Shown here piece after piece: positions 9,923 through 19,532 of a stretch of 64,000 bases of DNA. Where the stretch lies: assembly GCA_015486055.1 (NCBI GenBank), contig WFSJ01000018.1, positions 34,179 to 98,178 of the forward strand, in the 5' to 3' direction. Source of the DNA: Acidobacteriota bacterium. GTDB lineage: Bacteria > Acidobacteriota > Aminicenantia > S016-38. The notes below the pieces were generated by a model. The model saw nothing but the letters and a program-made list of their open reading frames with translations. It made no database searches and was not told the origin of the DNA. The position numbers were made by a program, and so were the translations under genes. Within the stretch, counting starts at the first letter, position 1. Every line of letters begins with the position of its first letter.

Positions 9923-10437
9923 TTCATCCTCCTTAAATAGACTTGCCCGTTTAAGAAGATCTTGAGGGTTTCCCCGTTCACCTCCATTTTGAAATTTTCT
10001 ATCCCTTCTTCAAGTGGCTGGGGATTGGAGTCCGATATCTTCATATAAAGAGTGTTCCCTTTGAGATAGATATATTTTCTCCTGAGGGCAAGGAAAAATT
10101 TCCCTTCGTTGCATCCTCCTGCTAGCTTTCCTTCAACAAGATTTATTTTTCCTTTCCTGCCGTAAATCACTCTGCACTTTCCATTCTTTCCTATTCCAAT
10201 TCCTATTGCCCTGAAATATTCCCATCCTTTGCCCTGTTTTTTTAGAAGATATGAATTCCCTAAGTCACTGCCTAAAAGCCTGGCCAGAAGCGGAACCCTT
10301 GTTTTCTCCTGGGCTTTTCTCAACCTAACCACTGTCCTTCCCCCTATTTGGAAGAGTGAGAGCACCCCTTCCATAAGAATCATTGAAAGGGTTAGGCTTG
10401 CCATCGTTTCAACGAGGGAAAAGCCTGAGTTTCTCAT
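9919..10437 (-). CDS. Minor pseudopilin with prepilin N-terminal domain
   Basis: N-terminus MRNSGFSLVETMASLTLSMIL. Confidence 0.7.
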   Translation of the reverse strand: MRNSGFSLVETMASLTLSMILMEGVLSLFQIGGRTVVRLRKAQEKTRVPLLARLLGSDLGNSYLLKKQGKGWEYFRAIGIGIGKNGKCRVIYGRKGKINLVEGKLAGGCNEGKFFLALRRKYIYLKGNTLYMKISDSNPQPLEEGIENFKMEVNGETLKIFLNGQVYLRRMK

Positions 10438-10705
10438 TTTTGCCCTCCATGAATTTTTCTTTGAGGAAAATTCTCCTTTTTCCTCTCTTCAATTCAATGA
10501 ATTCTCCTGTTTTTTTCCACACAACCTTCTTGTAATTGCCTTTTTTTGTTATGGCCGCTCTTCTTGATGCTTCCTCAAGCTCCAAGTCCTCATTTGCTAT
10601 CCTCATATTCCTTACAGAACGGAGCACAAGGGACAAGAAGAAAAGAGAGACTAACGCCCAAATTGCCATCGAAATCAAGACTTCTAAGTAACTGAATCCT
10701 TTCAT
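10409..10705 (-). CDS. Pseudopilin with prepilin N-terminal domain (start taken at internal MKGFSYLEV)
   Basis: MKGFSYLEVLISMAIWALV. A GGAGG SD precedes the ATG at about 10705. Confidence 0.65.
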   Translation of the reverse strand: MKGFSYLEVLISMAIWALVSLFFLSLVLRSVRNMRIANEDLELEEASRRAAITKKGNYKKVVWKKTGEFIELKRGKRRIFLKEKFMEGKNEKLRLFPR

Positions 10706-10842
10706 TTTTACCTCCTGGCATAAATAGTGCAAGCAAAGTTCCAGAAAAAGTCCCTATCAACTGAGAGCTAAGAATCTTCCCTGTAAACTTTTCTTTACCA
10801 CTGTGAATTGGAGATCTATTCTGAAGATGTTAAAATCTCAAA

Positions 10843-12030
10843 GTGAAGAACCCGGAAAGCATTGTTCGCCTTCAAAGGGCATTAAATTATCCTGAGAAGC
10901 CCTATTCCCCGGGTGTAAAATACCTTGAGTATCCATTTACAGATATCTCTCAGGGAGAAAATCAGGTTTATTCAGGGATGAGAAATTTACTTAGAATCTC
11001 TGGGCTTGATAAGGAAAATTACAACAAAAGGGGATGGAATCCCATGAGAGAATTTGTAGGTCCCGGAGCCAAGATATTCATAAATCCAGGAGGGGCATTT
11101 GTGGATTCTCTTTCCCATCCTTCCTTGCTTAAGGTGATTCTTGACTATATTTACATAGCAACAGAAGGAAAAGCTGAAATTTTCGTTGGATTCTCACCTT
11201 TTGACTGGGAGACCGAGGAAGAGTTTAAACTGCCAGAGCCCGGAGGTAAGGATTTCAGGGTGAGATGGATTGACTTGAGGGAGGCAAATGGAGGAGATTC
11301 CCTTGGATACACTCAGATTGACCTTGGGGAAGCAAGCGAATTTTACAAATATAGGGGAAACTGGAAATTAATGTCAATGGATGGAGAGGTTGATACTCAT
11401 AAACCTCATATTGCGAGGTATTTTATTTCCACAACTGTTCTTTCAAGTGACCTTATCATAAATATAGCGAGACCAGCTCTTAATCCCTGGTTAGGAGTCA
11501 GTGGAATTTTGGCCTCAGCCCTCGGTTTTATTGGAAACCCTGAGAGGATCCCTTTATTTTCCAAAGGAGCAGCGTTATCTGGAGGAGACCAATGTCCAGG
11601 AGAGGAGAAGAAGGAATGCAAAAAAACAATGGGCAAGTGGTGGGGTAATGACACTCTGTGGAGGGCAGTCCTTGATATCAATAAGATAATTCTTTATTTT
11701 AATTATGACGGTTCAATCAGGCACGAAAAAAGGAAAATCCTCAGTTTCTTAGACGGCATTTCTATCTCAGGGAAGAAAGCAGGATTTTTAGCTGCGGGCT
11801 TAAGCCAAGGAATCCTTGATTGTGTTTCCTTAAAGCTAATGGGGTATGACTGGAAGAAAATCCCTCTCATTCTGAATTTCTTCACTATTTCAAGTTTCCC
11901 CCTTTCCCAGTTTTCCCCCAAAGATATAAGCGTCATCGCAGAGGATATATTTCTCAGCGGCAAATTTGATGAAATTGAGCCAGTAATTTCTCTTGGTGAA
12001 ATGAGAAGCTGGAAAGGAAAGCTGAGGTAA
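10843..12030 (+). CDS. Hypothetical protein, possibly DUF362-like
   Basis: 395 aa. No clear catalytic motif. The DUF362 resemblance is weak. Confidence 0.4.
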   Translation: MKNPESIVRLQRALNYPEKPYSPGVKYLEYPFTDISQGENQVYSGMRNLLRISGLDKENYNKRGWNPMREFVGPGAKIFINPGGAFVDSLSHPSLLKVILDYIYIATEGKAEIFVGFSPFDWETEEEFKLPEPGGKDFRVRWIDLREANGGDSLGYTQIDLGEASEFYKYRGNWKLMSMDGEVDTHKPHIARYFISTTVLSSDLIINIARPALNPWLGVSGILASALGFIGNPERIPLFSKGAALSGGDQCPGEEKKECKKTMGKWWGNDTLWRAVLDINKIILYFNYDGSIRHEKRKILSFLDGISISGKKAGFLAAGLSQGILDCVSLKLMGYDWKKIPLILNFFTISSFPLSQFSPKDISVIAEDIFLSGKFDEIEPVISLGEMRSWKGKLR

Positions 12031-12036
12031 TGGAGC

Positions 12037-13536
12037 TTACTTTACGTACCCAAGGGATTTTAAGAATCTTAGCTGATGTTTAATCTGAGCGGGGGTCATA
12101 TTTCCCTTCCTTTCTTTTACCATTGGAATTACTTTTTTCTCATATTTAAGGAGCATTCCTATCATTCCTTGCGTTTCTGATGTGAATTCTATTGGATGGA
12201 TCCCCAATCTGTCCTTTTTTAGGTTAAAAAAGAGAAATTCCTTCTTTTCAGGAGTATGTATAAGAAGAAATGAACCCTTTAGGAGGGAAAATCTGTCAAG
12301 TATAGCCTCAGGTTTAAAGGTTTCTTGAAAGAGGTAAGGATGCCCCTCCTTTTTGAAAAGGTCTATGCCCTTTATGTCCTGTGGAAGAGGAATTTTGGCA
12401 ATTTTCAGCACTGTTGGGAATATATCCATTATTGAGCGAAGCTCTTTTCTCTCCCCCTTTTTCCCATCAGGAGTTAGCATAAGGAGAGGAATCCTTGTAT
12501 AGACTGCATTAAGGAAGTGGACATGACCAAGGTGTTTTTTCCACTCTCCCATTCCTTCTCCGTGGTCTGCGAGAATGAACAAGTAAGTGTTTTTCAACAG
12601 TCCCATCTTTTCAAGCTTTTTGTATAGAAATTTGAACTGAGAATCCCAGTAATTTACTTCTTCTTTGTAAAATTCATGGGCTAATGGGGCCGTAGGGGAA
12701 GCTACAGGCTTTATTTTGCCTTCTCCTTCTTCGTTAAGGGTCAAATTGAAGCTTACCTTATTCTTTCTCTTAAGAAAGATAAGCTTCTCAGCTTCTCCGA
12801 TCTTTACCTTGTAATTTTCTCTCTTCCTGAGCCTTTTGTTCAATTTAACCGTCACCCTCACTGTTTCCCCTGGTTTTCCCTTTACAAAGAAAAGCTCCTT
12901 CTTAAGGAAGTTTACCTCCCCTGCTTTTTTGCCATTTACAAGTACTTCTCCGTCTGGCTCTAAATAGGGAGGAGCATAGGGCTCATGGGGGTCAGAATAA
13001 TGGACCCATAGGAAAAAGGGTTTTTTTATTTTTTTTAGCATAGGGAAAATGGCTTGATTTACCTCCGCTGCATTTTTGTAACACCTTGTTTTTGGGAAAT
13101 TATCGGAGTAATATTCAAACCCCCTTGAGATTCCGGTTGAAGAGTGAACGGTGCCTAAGGAAACAGCGGCCATTGTTGTATATCTCTTTTCTCTTAAAAT
13201 CTCTGCAAGAAGCTTAGTGGACCCTGTGTATATTAATCCATTGTTTGTTATTCCTAGTTCCCAAGGATATTTTGACGTAAAAAGGGAAAGATGCGCAGGG
13301 AGAGTTATGGGGATAGTTGTGTAAGTGTTGTTGAAATAGACGCCTCTTTTTTTCAGAGAGCTGAAAAATGGAGCTTCTGCCCCTCCAAGATCCTCCCTCA
13401 TTGTATCAACAACAATAATTATGAAATTGGGACGCAGGTTTCTTGGGGATGAGGAACAACCTTCCATTATCAGAAGGATTATCAACATTGTTATTGTGAA
13501 TAATCCTTTCAACCATCCGTAAGTTAATCTGTTCAT
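12037..13536 (-). CDS. Membrane-anchored type I phosphodiesterase/nucleotide pyrophosphatase (NPP) family enzyme, alkaline-phosphatase superfamily. Paralog A
   Basis: N-terminal TM helix. VVDTMREDLGG metal-site motif. TTIPITLPAHLSLFTSKYPWELGI matches the NPP catalytic-Thr block ([21 protein letters not shown]-like), not the C/S-x-P-x-R of sulfatases. Confidence 0.7.
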   Translation of the reverse strand: MNRLTYGWLKGLFTITMLIILLIMEGCSSSPRNLRPNFIIIVVDTMREDLGGAEAPFFSSLKKRGVYFNNTYTTIPITLPAHLSLFTSKYPWELGITNNGLIYTGSTKLLAEILREKRYTTMAAVSLGTVHSSTGISRGFEYYSDNFPKTRCYKNAAEVNQAIFPMLKKIKKPFFLWVHYSDPHEPYAPPYLEPDGEVLVNGKKAGEVNFLKKELFFVKGKPGETVRVTVKLNKRLRKRENYKVKIGEAEKLIFLKRKNKVSFNLTLNEEGEGKIKPVASPTAPLAHEFYKEEVNYWDSQFKFLYKKLEKMGLLKNTYLFILADHGEGMGEWKKHLGHVHFLNAVYTRIPLLMLTPDGKKGERKELRSIMDIFPTVLKIAKIPLPQDIKGIDLFKKEGHPYLFQETFKPEAILDRFSLLKGSFLLIHTPEKKEFLFFNLKKDRLGIHPIEFTSETQGMIGMLLKYEKKVIPMVKERKGNMTPAQIKHQLRFLKSLGYVK

Positions 13537-13594
13537 TTATCCCTCCGTTTGTCTTTATTTTAATGCATTTTCTCTAATTATATAAGGAAATTTC

Positions 13595-15076
13595 TCATCT
13601 GACATACCCGAGAGAGCGAAGCATCTCGAGAGATTTTTTATCTATGATTCTCTTTTTAAGCCTTCTCCTTGCAAACCTTTCATATTCTAAAACATCTTTC
13701 ATCATTTCATTGGCTTGCGAATTAAACTTTATGGGCTTTAAGGAAAGCCTATCCTTTTCTATATTAAAGAAGAAGGCAAAATTATTAATAGGAGTGTAAA
13801 TGAGTTGAAAAGGCGGTTTGATAATGGAAAATCTATCGAAAAAGGCCTCAGGTCTGAAAGTTTGAAGATAAAGACTTTTATGCTTCTTCTTTCCGAGGAG
13901 GCTGAATCCTCTCATTTTATGAGAGGATTTTATGCGAGCAAGTTCTAAAACTGTCGGGAAAACATCCATAATTGAGCAGAGCCTGCTATCTATTCCCTTG
14001 ATTTTTCCATTTGGTGACAAGAACAGCATCGGAATTCTCATATATACTCCGTTAAGGAAAAGAATATGCCCTATGTGTCCTTTCCATTCACCAAGGCCTT
14101 CACCATGGTCAGCAAGAATAAAAATATAGGTATTTCTAAGCAAACCTCTCTTTTTTAGTTCTTTATAAAGTTTCCTGAATTCCCTGTCCCAGTAAACTAC
14201 TTCCTCTTTATAAAACTTCCTTGCTTTTGCAACGCTCAATTTTATTTCCGGAATAAGGGAAATCTCCTTATTTTTTTCTGCCTCTATTTCTACTTGGAAA
14301 TAATTCTTTTCTATAGGGAATTTTTTCCCGTTTATCTTTATAGAGTAAAGAGCATCCTTAATCTTATGAATTATGTTTATTCTGACCTTTATTTTACTAT
14401 GAGATTTGTTTTTTATAAGGACCTTTTCCTCCTTTAAGAAAGTTATTTCCCCTTTTTTCTTTCCCTGAACGAATATCTCACTATCCGGTCTATAATAAGG
14501 AGGAACATAGGGCTCGTGAGGATCAGAATAATGGACCCAGAGGAAGAAGGGCCTTTTTAGGTTTGAGAGCATAGGGAGAAGAGCAGAATTTATTTCTTTT
14601 GCAGTCCTGTACCATCTTGTTTTGGGAAAGGAGTTGTTGAAGTATTGAAATCCTCTTGAAATTCCCGTGGAAGCCTGAAGTGTTCCCAAGGATACGATTG
14701 CCATAGTAGTGTATCCTTTTTCCCTTAATATTTCCTGAAGGAGCTTTGTCCCCTCTTTGTATTGCATTCCGTTGTTTACCACATGAAGCTCTGGGGGAAG
14801 TTTTGATGTAAGAAGGGAAAGATGAGCAGGCAGGGTTATGGGAATTGTGGTAAAGCAATTACTGAAATATTTTCCCCGCACTTTTAGGCTTTCGAAAAAA
14901 GGGGGGTTAGCTCCTCCAAGATCCTCCCTTAATGTGTCCACAACAACAATTACGAAGTTGGGTTTTTCCCTTTTTATGAGCAAAAAATATCCTATCAGGG
15001 TAAAAAGAATAGCCGCTATAATTATCAGGGATAGATACTTCAATTTTTCATGCTTGGATTTAATTCCTTCGCTCAA
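13595..15076 (-). CDS. Membrane-anchored NPP-family phosphodiesterase. Paralog B, a tandem duplicate of A
   Basis: About 50% identical to paralog A over its full length (NFVIVVVDTLREDLGG, TTIPITLPAHLSLLTSKLPPELHV). Confidence 0.7.
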   Translation of the reverse strand: MSEGIKSKHEKLKYLSLIIIAAILFTLIGYFLLIKREKPNFVIVVVDTLREDLGGANPPFFESLKVRGKYFSNCFTTIPITLPAHLSLLTSKLPPELHVVNNGMQYKEGTKLLQEILREKGYTTMAIVSLGTLQASTGISRGFQYFNNSFPKTRWYRTAKEINSALLPMLSNLKRPFFLWVHYSDPHEPYVPPYYRPDSEIFVQGKKKGEITFLKEEKVLIKNKSHSKIKVRINIIHKIKDALYSIKINGKKFPIEKNYFQVEIEAEKNKEISLIPEIKLSVAKARKFYKEEVVYWDREFRKLYKELKKRGLLRNTYIFILADHGEGLGEWKGHIGHILFLNGVYMRIPMLFLSPNGKIKGIDSRLCSIMDVFPTVLELARIKSSHKMRGFSLLGKKKHKSLYLQTFRPEAFFDRFSIIKPPFQLIYTPINNFAFFFNIEKDRLSLKPIKFNSQANEMMKDVLEYERFARRRLKKRIIDKKSLEMLRSLGYVR

Positions 15077-15101
15077 GTTTTCTCCTTCAGTTTAGACTGT
15101 G

Positions 15102-17315
15102 TTAATTAATATATCCAAGGGACTCAAGCACCTTTCTAAATTTCTTTATCTTTTTCTTAGAGAAGGGCTTTAGATCATGAGTTTTGTTGTATTCCTTGTT
15201 CCTTTTGAGCATTCCAAAAGCTTTCTGGCGGAGGAGCCCTGTTAGAAGAGGCTTGCTTGGCGCCAGGTTATGTTTTTCCTTGTCGTCCTCCTCTAAATTA
15301 TAGATTTCATCCCTTCCTTTATAATATATGTATTTGGTTTTCCCATCGGTGAGTCCAATGTTGAAAGCGTCAGAGTTCGCCCGGGAATATAACCATCTTT
15401 TTAGAAGTTTATCTGGCTTTCCAAGAAGTAAGGGAGCAAGGCTCGTTCCCTGAGTTTTCAATTTCGGCTTTATGCCCAATAAGTCATATATCGTGGGGGC
15501 AAAATCTACATTACTATAGGCTGTTTTCTCTACAGATTTTGCCTCTTTCTGACCTGGCATCTTTAGGAAAAATGGGATGTGAATCATTTCCTGATAGTTT
15601 GTAGTGTTATGGTCAAATTTGTAATGCTCATAGAAAGCTTCGCCGTGGTCGGTGCTTACAACTATTAAGGATTTTTCGTAAAGTCCCATGCTTTTTATAG
15701 TATCCAAAACCTTTCCAACAAGATAGTCAGCGTAATAAATGTTATTGAGGTAACAGTTATAAAGCCAATCTATGAACTTAGGAGGAGGATTAAAATCCTT
15801 CTCATATCTTCTTACCAATCTTTTTATAAACATTTGGTTATATCCGAGTGTCTTTTTAATTATATAAAATTGAGGAGGAGGATTGTACGGATAATGTGGA
15901 GGAAGAATATGGATGTACACAAAGTTTGGTTTATATGGATTTATTTTCCTTAAGGTTCTCACCATTAACTTTTCTTTCATGGTAGAATCGTTCAAGAATC
16001 CTATTTTCCCAATATATACAGTTTTATCAAAACGCCCTGAAATTCCGGTTCTTATTGGAATTGCACTCCCAGTTATCAAGAGGGTTGAATATCCAATATT
16101 TCTCAGCTCCTCTGGGAGGGTTAGAAGTTTTTTGCTTGCGATGTTTTTCACATCCCTTATGCCGTGAGCTTCAGGATATAAACCAGTCATGTAGGTAGCC
16201 ACACTTGCAGCAGTATATGGAGCGGAAGTATAAAATTTCTTGAAAGAAAAAGCTTGTTTCGAAAACTTCGTTATATTTGGGACCAGCTCCTTTTTCTCTA
16301 TTATGGTATTATATCTTGCGGCATCTATGAGTATTAAGAAAATATTTGGTTTTCCTTTGATGCGGCCGTTAAACTTGGGAGAAGCTTTTTTGTTTTCCAT
16401 GCCAGTTAAAGCAAGTTTCTTCCAAAGGAGTCTGTTCATCGGGTTCTTTGCCTTATAGATCAATCTTATCCCTATGAGCTTTCCGGCAAAAGACTTGAGA
16501 GAAATATTCCCCTTTCTTTTCTCTGAGTTTTTCAGCTGCAGAATTTTATCGGATATTATTTTTCCTTCTTTGCTCAGGATTGAGATTTTAAGGGTGGCTT
16601 TTGAGGTTTCCTTTTCTCCGATTGAGAGATTCTCTACCTCGTATCTCAGAAGGATTTTTCCCAAAGGAACAAAGAAAAACTCCATTGCTGAATTCGCAGG
16701 CTGAAAAATTCTCTCTGACTTCTTACTGAAAGGTTTTGGAAAAGGGAGTAAAAACTCTACATCTTTTAGGAAAATCAACCTGTGAGGTTTCTTTGTGTGT
16801 TCTTCTTGGAAAATTCTTTTTTCCTCTTCACCGAGCTCAAATTTCAGGAAATTTTCCCCTTCCTTAAGGAATTCTTTCTTTACAGGTATCTTTATCTCTT
16901 CTTCTGAGCTCTTTGCAAATATCTCCCTGCATTTATTCTTGTTAACGAAAATCAATATGTGGACCTTTTTTTTGTCAAAAAAATTTCCTTTTCTAACCTT
17001 GAAGTATAAGTTTCTATCTCTATTTGAAAAGTTGAAGAACCTTATCTTAGCAACAGGAGATGTCATATAAATTTCCTTTCCCTCGGGGTACCAACCGGAT
17101 ATAAAGAAATAGTAAGGATTTTTATTCGGGCTTTTCATGCTTACTGTCTCAGGGAAAAAGTTCTGCCAGCTCAAATTTTTGCTCAAATCATAAGCTCGTT
17201 TATATAATCCGCAGCTGTAGAAGAGGGAAGTTACTAAAGCGAAAAGCACCATAGTAAATATAAGAATCCTTCTATTCATAATTTGAGAATTCTTGCTTAC
17301 CTCATTTTTCTCCAT
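15102..17315 (-). CDS. NPP-family phosphodiesterase with an N-terminal extension of about 330 aa and unknown function. Paralog C
   Basis: C-terminal domain has FLILIDAARYNT and ...TYMTGLYPEAHGI, which matches the NPP [10 protein letters not shown] block almost exactly. N-terminal TM plus an uncharacterised region. Confidence 0.65.
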   Translation of the reverse strand: MEKNEVSKNSQIMNRRILIFTMVLFALVTSLFYSCGLYKRAYDLSKNLSWQNFFPETVSMKSPNKNPYYFFISGWYPEGKEIYMTSPVAKIRFFNFSNRDRNLYFKVRKGNFFDKKKVHILIFVNKNKCREIFAKSSEEEIKIPVKKEFLKEGENFLKFELGEEEKRIFQEEHTKKPHRLIFLKDVEFLLPFPKPFSKKSERIFQPANSAMEFFFVPLGKILLRYEVENLSIGEKETSKATLKISILSKEGKIISDKILQLKNSEKRKGNISLKSFAGKLIGIRLIYKAKNPMNRLLWKKLALTGMENKKASPKFNGRIKGKPNIFLILIDAARYNTIIEKKELVPNITKFSKQAFSFKKFYTSAPYTAASVATYMTGLYPEAHGIRDVKNIASKKLLTLPEELRNIGYSTLLITGSAIPIRTGISGRFDKTVYIGKIGFLNDSTMKEKLMVRTLRKINPYKPNFVYIHILPPHYPYNPPPQFYIIKKTLGYNQMFIKRLVRRYEKDFNPPPKFIDWLYNCYLNNIYYADYLVGKVLDTIKSMGLYEKSLIVVSTDHGEAFYEHYKFDHNTTNYQEMIHIPFFLKMPGQKEAKSVEKTAYSNVDFAPTIYDLLGIKPKLKTQGTSLAPLLLGKPDKLLKRWLYSRANSDAFNIGLTDGKTKYIYYKGRDEIYNLEEDDKEKHNLAPSKPLLTGLLRQKAFGMLKRNKEYNKTHDLKPFSKKKIKKFRKVLESLGYIN

Positions 17316-17389
17316 TATTTTCTCCGTATATGAGATGACTACTATAATGAGATTTCACAAGTTAATTTTATCACTTGTCCCCAATTGCT

Positions 17390-18619
17390 TCATATATAAA
17401 AAATCACCCTTGAAGATGCGAAGAACAGAGTATATATGGCTAAGAGGAAAAAGAAGCAAAGGAAAGTGTATTTTTCGCTCGCCTTATAACGGTGAGAAGC
17501 AAAAAGCAGAACGAAAAGGAGAAATATCTCATAAGAAATTCTCTCAGCGTTTCCTATGTGTCTCCATACTTTATGGTACTTTGTTGAAAGGATGAGAAGG
17601 GAATACAAGGGAAGGGAAATGCTAAGAGGTCCCCATTTTTTCCATAAAAGATAGATTGAAAACAGGAAAAGTAAAATAATGATAACCGAAAAGAAAACAG
17701 CGGCCTCCTTAATGCCTTTTCTATAAAATCCGTGAGATGTTGACCAGAAGAGTTTCGCTACGCCGCTAAAAGGAGTAGTTATAATTTCGGAATTTGAGAG
17801 AAAAGGTCTCCATCCGTAATCCGGGAAAAACCTCCATGTCAGAAAGATTTTCCACAGAAAATATGGAAAAATGGAGGAGAAGAGCAAGACTGGCCTTTTT
17901 GAAGACTTGGTCTTTAAGGATTCAAACGTAGCTAAGACCAGAACGAAGATTATGATAGTTTCTCTTGTAAGAATGGCAAGTGCGAAAAGCAGAGAAGAAA
18001 ATACGAATCTTTCCTTTATGTAGAAATAAAAGCCTCCCAGGAGAAAAGCGCCAGCCACAGCTTCAGGTAGGGCATAGAAGAGGGAGAAATAAAATGATGG
18101 GATTGCGAGGTAAATTAATGCCCAAAGAGGATCCTTACCATAAAATATGAGTATTTTCACGAGGAAAAAGGCTGAAAGAAAAATTGCAAGAAGGATTGTG
18201 TAAACCATTACTTCGGGATACAGCTCTGGTTTATCAAGGGAGAAAATCTTTACAAGGAGAGGAAAACCAATTCTCCCGTATCTATATGGGGGAATGTCTA
18301 AAAACTTCCTGTAAATTTTGGGTTTATCTTTATATTTTTCCGCAAAGGGATCAAAGGTTATAAAATAGAAAAATTGTCCATCATATCCGTGCTTTTTAAT
18401 AACTAAACCTTTTGTTAAATCTCCTCTTTCTTTCAATATTGGATTTTTGTCAATTCTCTTACTTGAGATTTTTAAAAACCCACTGTAATTTCCCCTATAT
18501 CTCTTTTTAAGGTAACCTCTCATCGCAGAGAAAAAAAACAGGAAAACCAAAATTGTAGCAATTGCTGACTTAACAAGGACATTCCTTTTGTTAAGAAGCA
18601 TCTTCAGCCTTTTTTTCAT
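17390..18619 (-). CDS. Polytopic integral membrane protein (at least 9 TM, aromatic-rich), possibly a GT-C-like glycosyl/mannosyl transferase
   Basis: 409 aa with hydrophobic helices throughout. Lies downstream of and co-directional with the NPP triplet. Confidence 0.4.
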   Translation of the reverse strand: MKKRLKMLLNKRNVLVKSAIATILVFLFFFSAMRGYLKKRYRGNYSGFLKISSKRIDKNPILKERGDLTKGLVIKKHGYDGQFFYFITFDPFAEKYKDKPKIYRKFLDIPPYRYGRIGFPLLVKIFSLDKPELYPEVMVYTILLAIFLSAFFLVKILIFYGKDPLWALIYLAIPSFYFSLFYALPEAVAGAFLLGGFYFYIKERFVFSSLLFALAILTRETIIIFVLVLATFESLKTKSSKRPVLLFSSIFPYFLWKIFLTWRFFPDYGWRPFLSNSEIITTPFSGVAKLFWSTSHGFYRKGIKEAAVFFSVIIILLFLFSIYLLWKKWGPLSISLPLYSLLILSTKYHKVWRHIGNAERISYEIFLLFVLLFASHRYKASEKYTFLCFFFLLAIYTLFFASSRVIFYI

Positions 18620-18665
18620 CTTCCAATTTTATCATCCTTGACAATCAGCTCGAGCTTGAATAATA

Positions 18666-19532
18666 TTGCTTTCTATGGAAATATTGGTAGCAGAAGAGGC
18701 AGGATTTTGTTTCGGGGTGAGAAGAGCAGTGAAGATTGCCTATGAAGCCCTTGAAAAGTGGGAGAAGGTTTATTCTTACGGAGAGCTAATCCACAATAAT
18801 CAATTTGTTGAGAAGCTTGAGAGGGATGGAATAAAAACTGCAAGGACAATGGATGAAATTCCTAATGGAGCTGCAGTTATAATAAGGTCCCATGGGATTT
18901 CCCCACAGGAGGAAAAGGAGCTTAAAAGGAGGTTTAAGGTAATTGATGCTACCTGTCCCTATGTGAAAAAATCCCAGAAGTTTGCATCAAAAACTCTCCG
19001 TGCAGGGATGGAACTTGTAATATTCGGGGACAGAAACCATCCTGAAATAATGGGGATTCTCGGTTATACCCAGGGCTCGGGAATCGTCATTTCAAGCCCG
19101 AAAGAAGTCATAGGGCTTCCTTTCAATCCCAAGAGAGCGGTAATTTCCCAGACAACAAACGACATTGAGGATTACAAAATTTTCGTGGGGAATCTTATGA
19201 ACACCTCTGAGAAACTTACAATTTACCAGACGATATGCTCTTCAACTATAGAAAAGCACAGGTCAGCTAAGGAGATAGCCTCAAAAGTCGATTTAATGCT
19301 CGTTATAGGCGGAAAACACAGCGCAAATACAAAAAAACTATTTACAGCCTGCAAGAGACTTCAGCCGAGAACCTATCATATAGAAACAGCAGAGGAATTG
19401 GACTTGATAGAGTGGGGAAATTATGAGAGAATAGGTATATCCGCAGGAGCTTCAACTCCTGATTTTGTAATAAATAAAGTGGTTGAAAAAATAAAGGAGG
19501 AAAGAAATGGCCGAGGGAAAAAGGAAGGGTGA
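18666..19532 (+). CDS. ispH: 4-hydroxy-3-methylbut-2-enyl diphosphate reductase
   Basis: MEILVAEEAGFCFGVRRAV and conserved Cys-containing segments of LytB/IspH. Confidence 0.9.
   Translation: MLSMEILVAEEAGFCFGVRRAVKIAYEALEKWEKVYSYGELIHNNQFVEKLERDGIKTARTMDEIPNGAAVIIRSHGISPQEEKELKRRFKVIDATCPYVKKSQKFASKTLRAGMELVIFGDRNHPEIMGILGYTQGSGIVISSPKEVIGLPFNPKRAVISQTTNDIEDYKIFVGNLMNTSEKLTIYQTICSSTIEKHRSAKEIASKVDLMLVIGGKHSANTKKLFTACKRLQPRTYHIETAEELDLIEWGNYERIGISAGASTPDFVINKVVEKIKEERNGRGKKEG

Noticed and set aside
12037-17315. Initial impression that the three tandem enzymes are arylsulfatases
   Set aside because: The nucleophile context is T-L-P-A-H and the downstream block is TGLYPEAHGI, which is NPP-type, rather than C/S-x-P-x-R. 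Re-called as NPP-family phosphodiesterases
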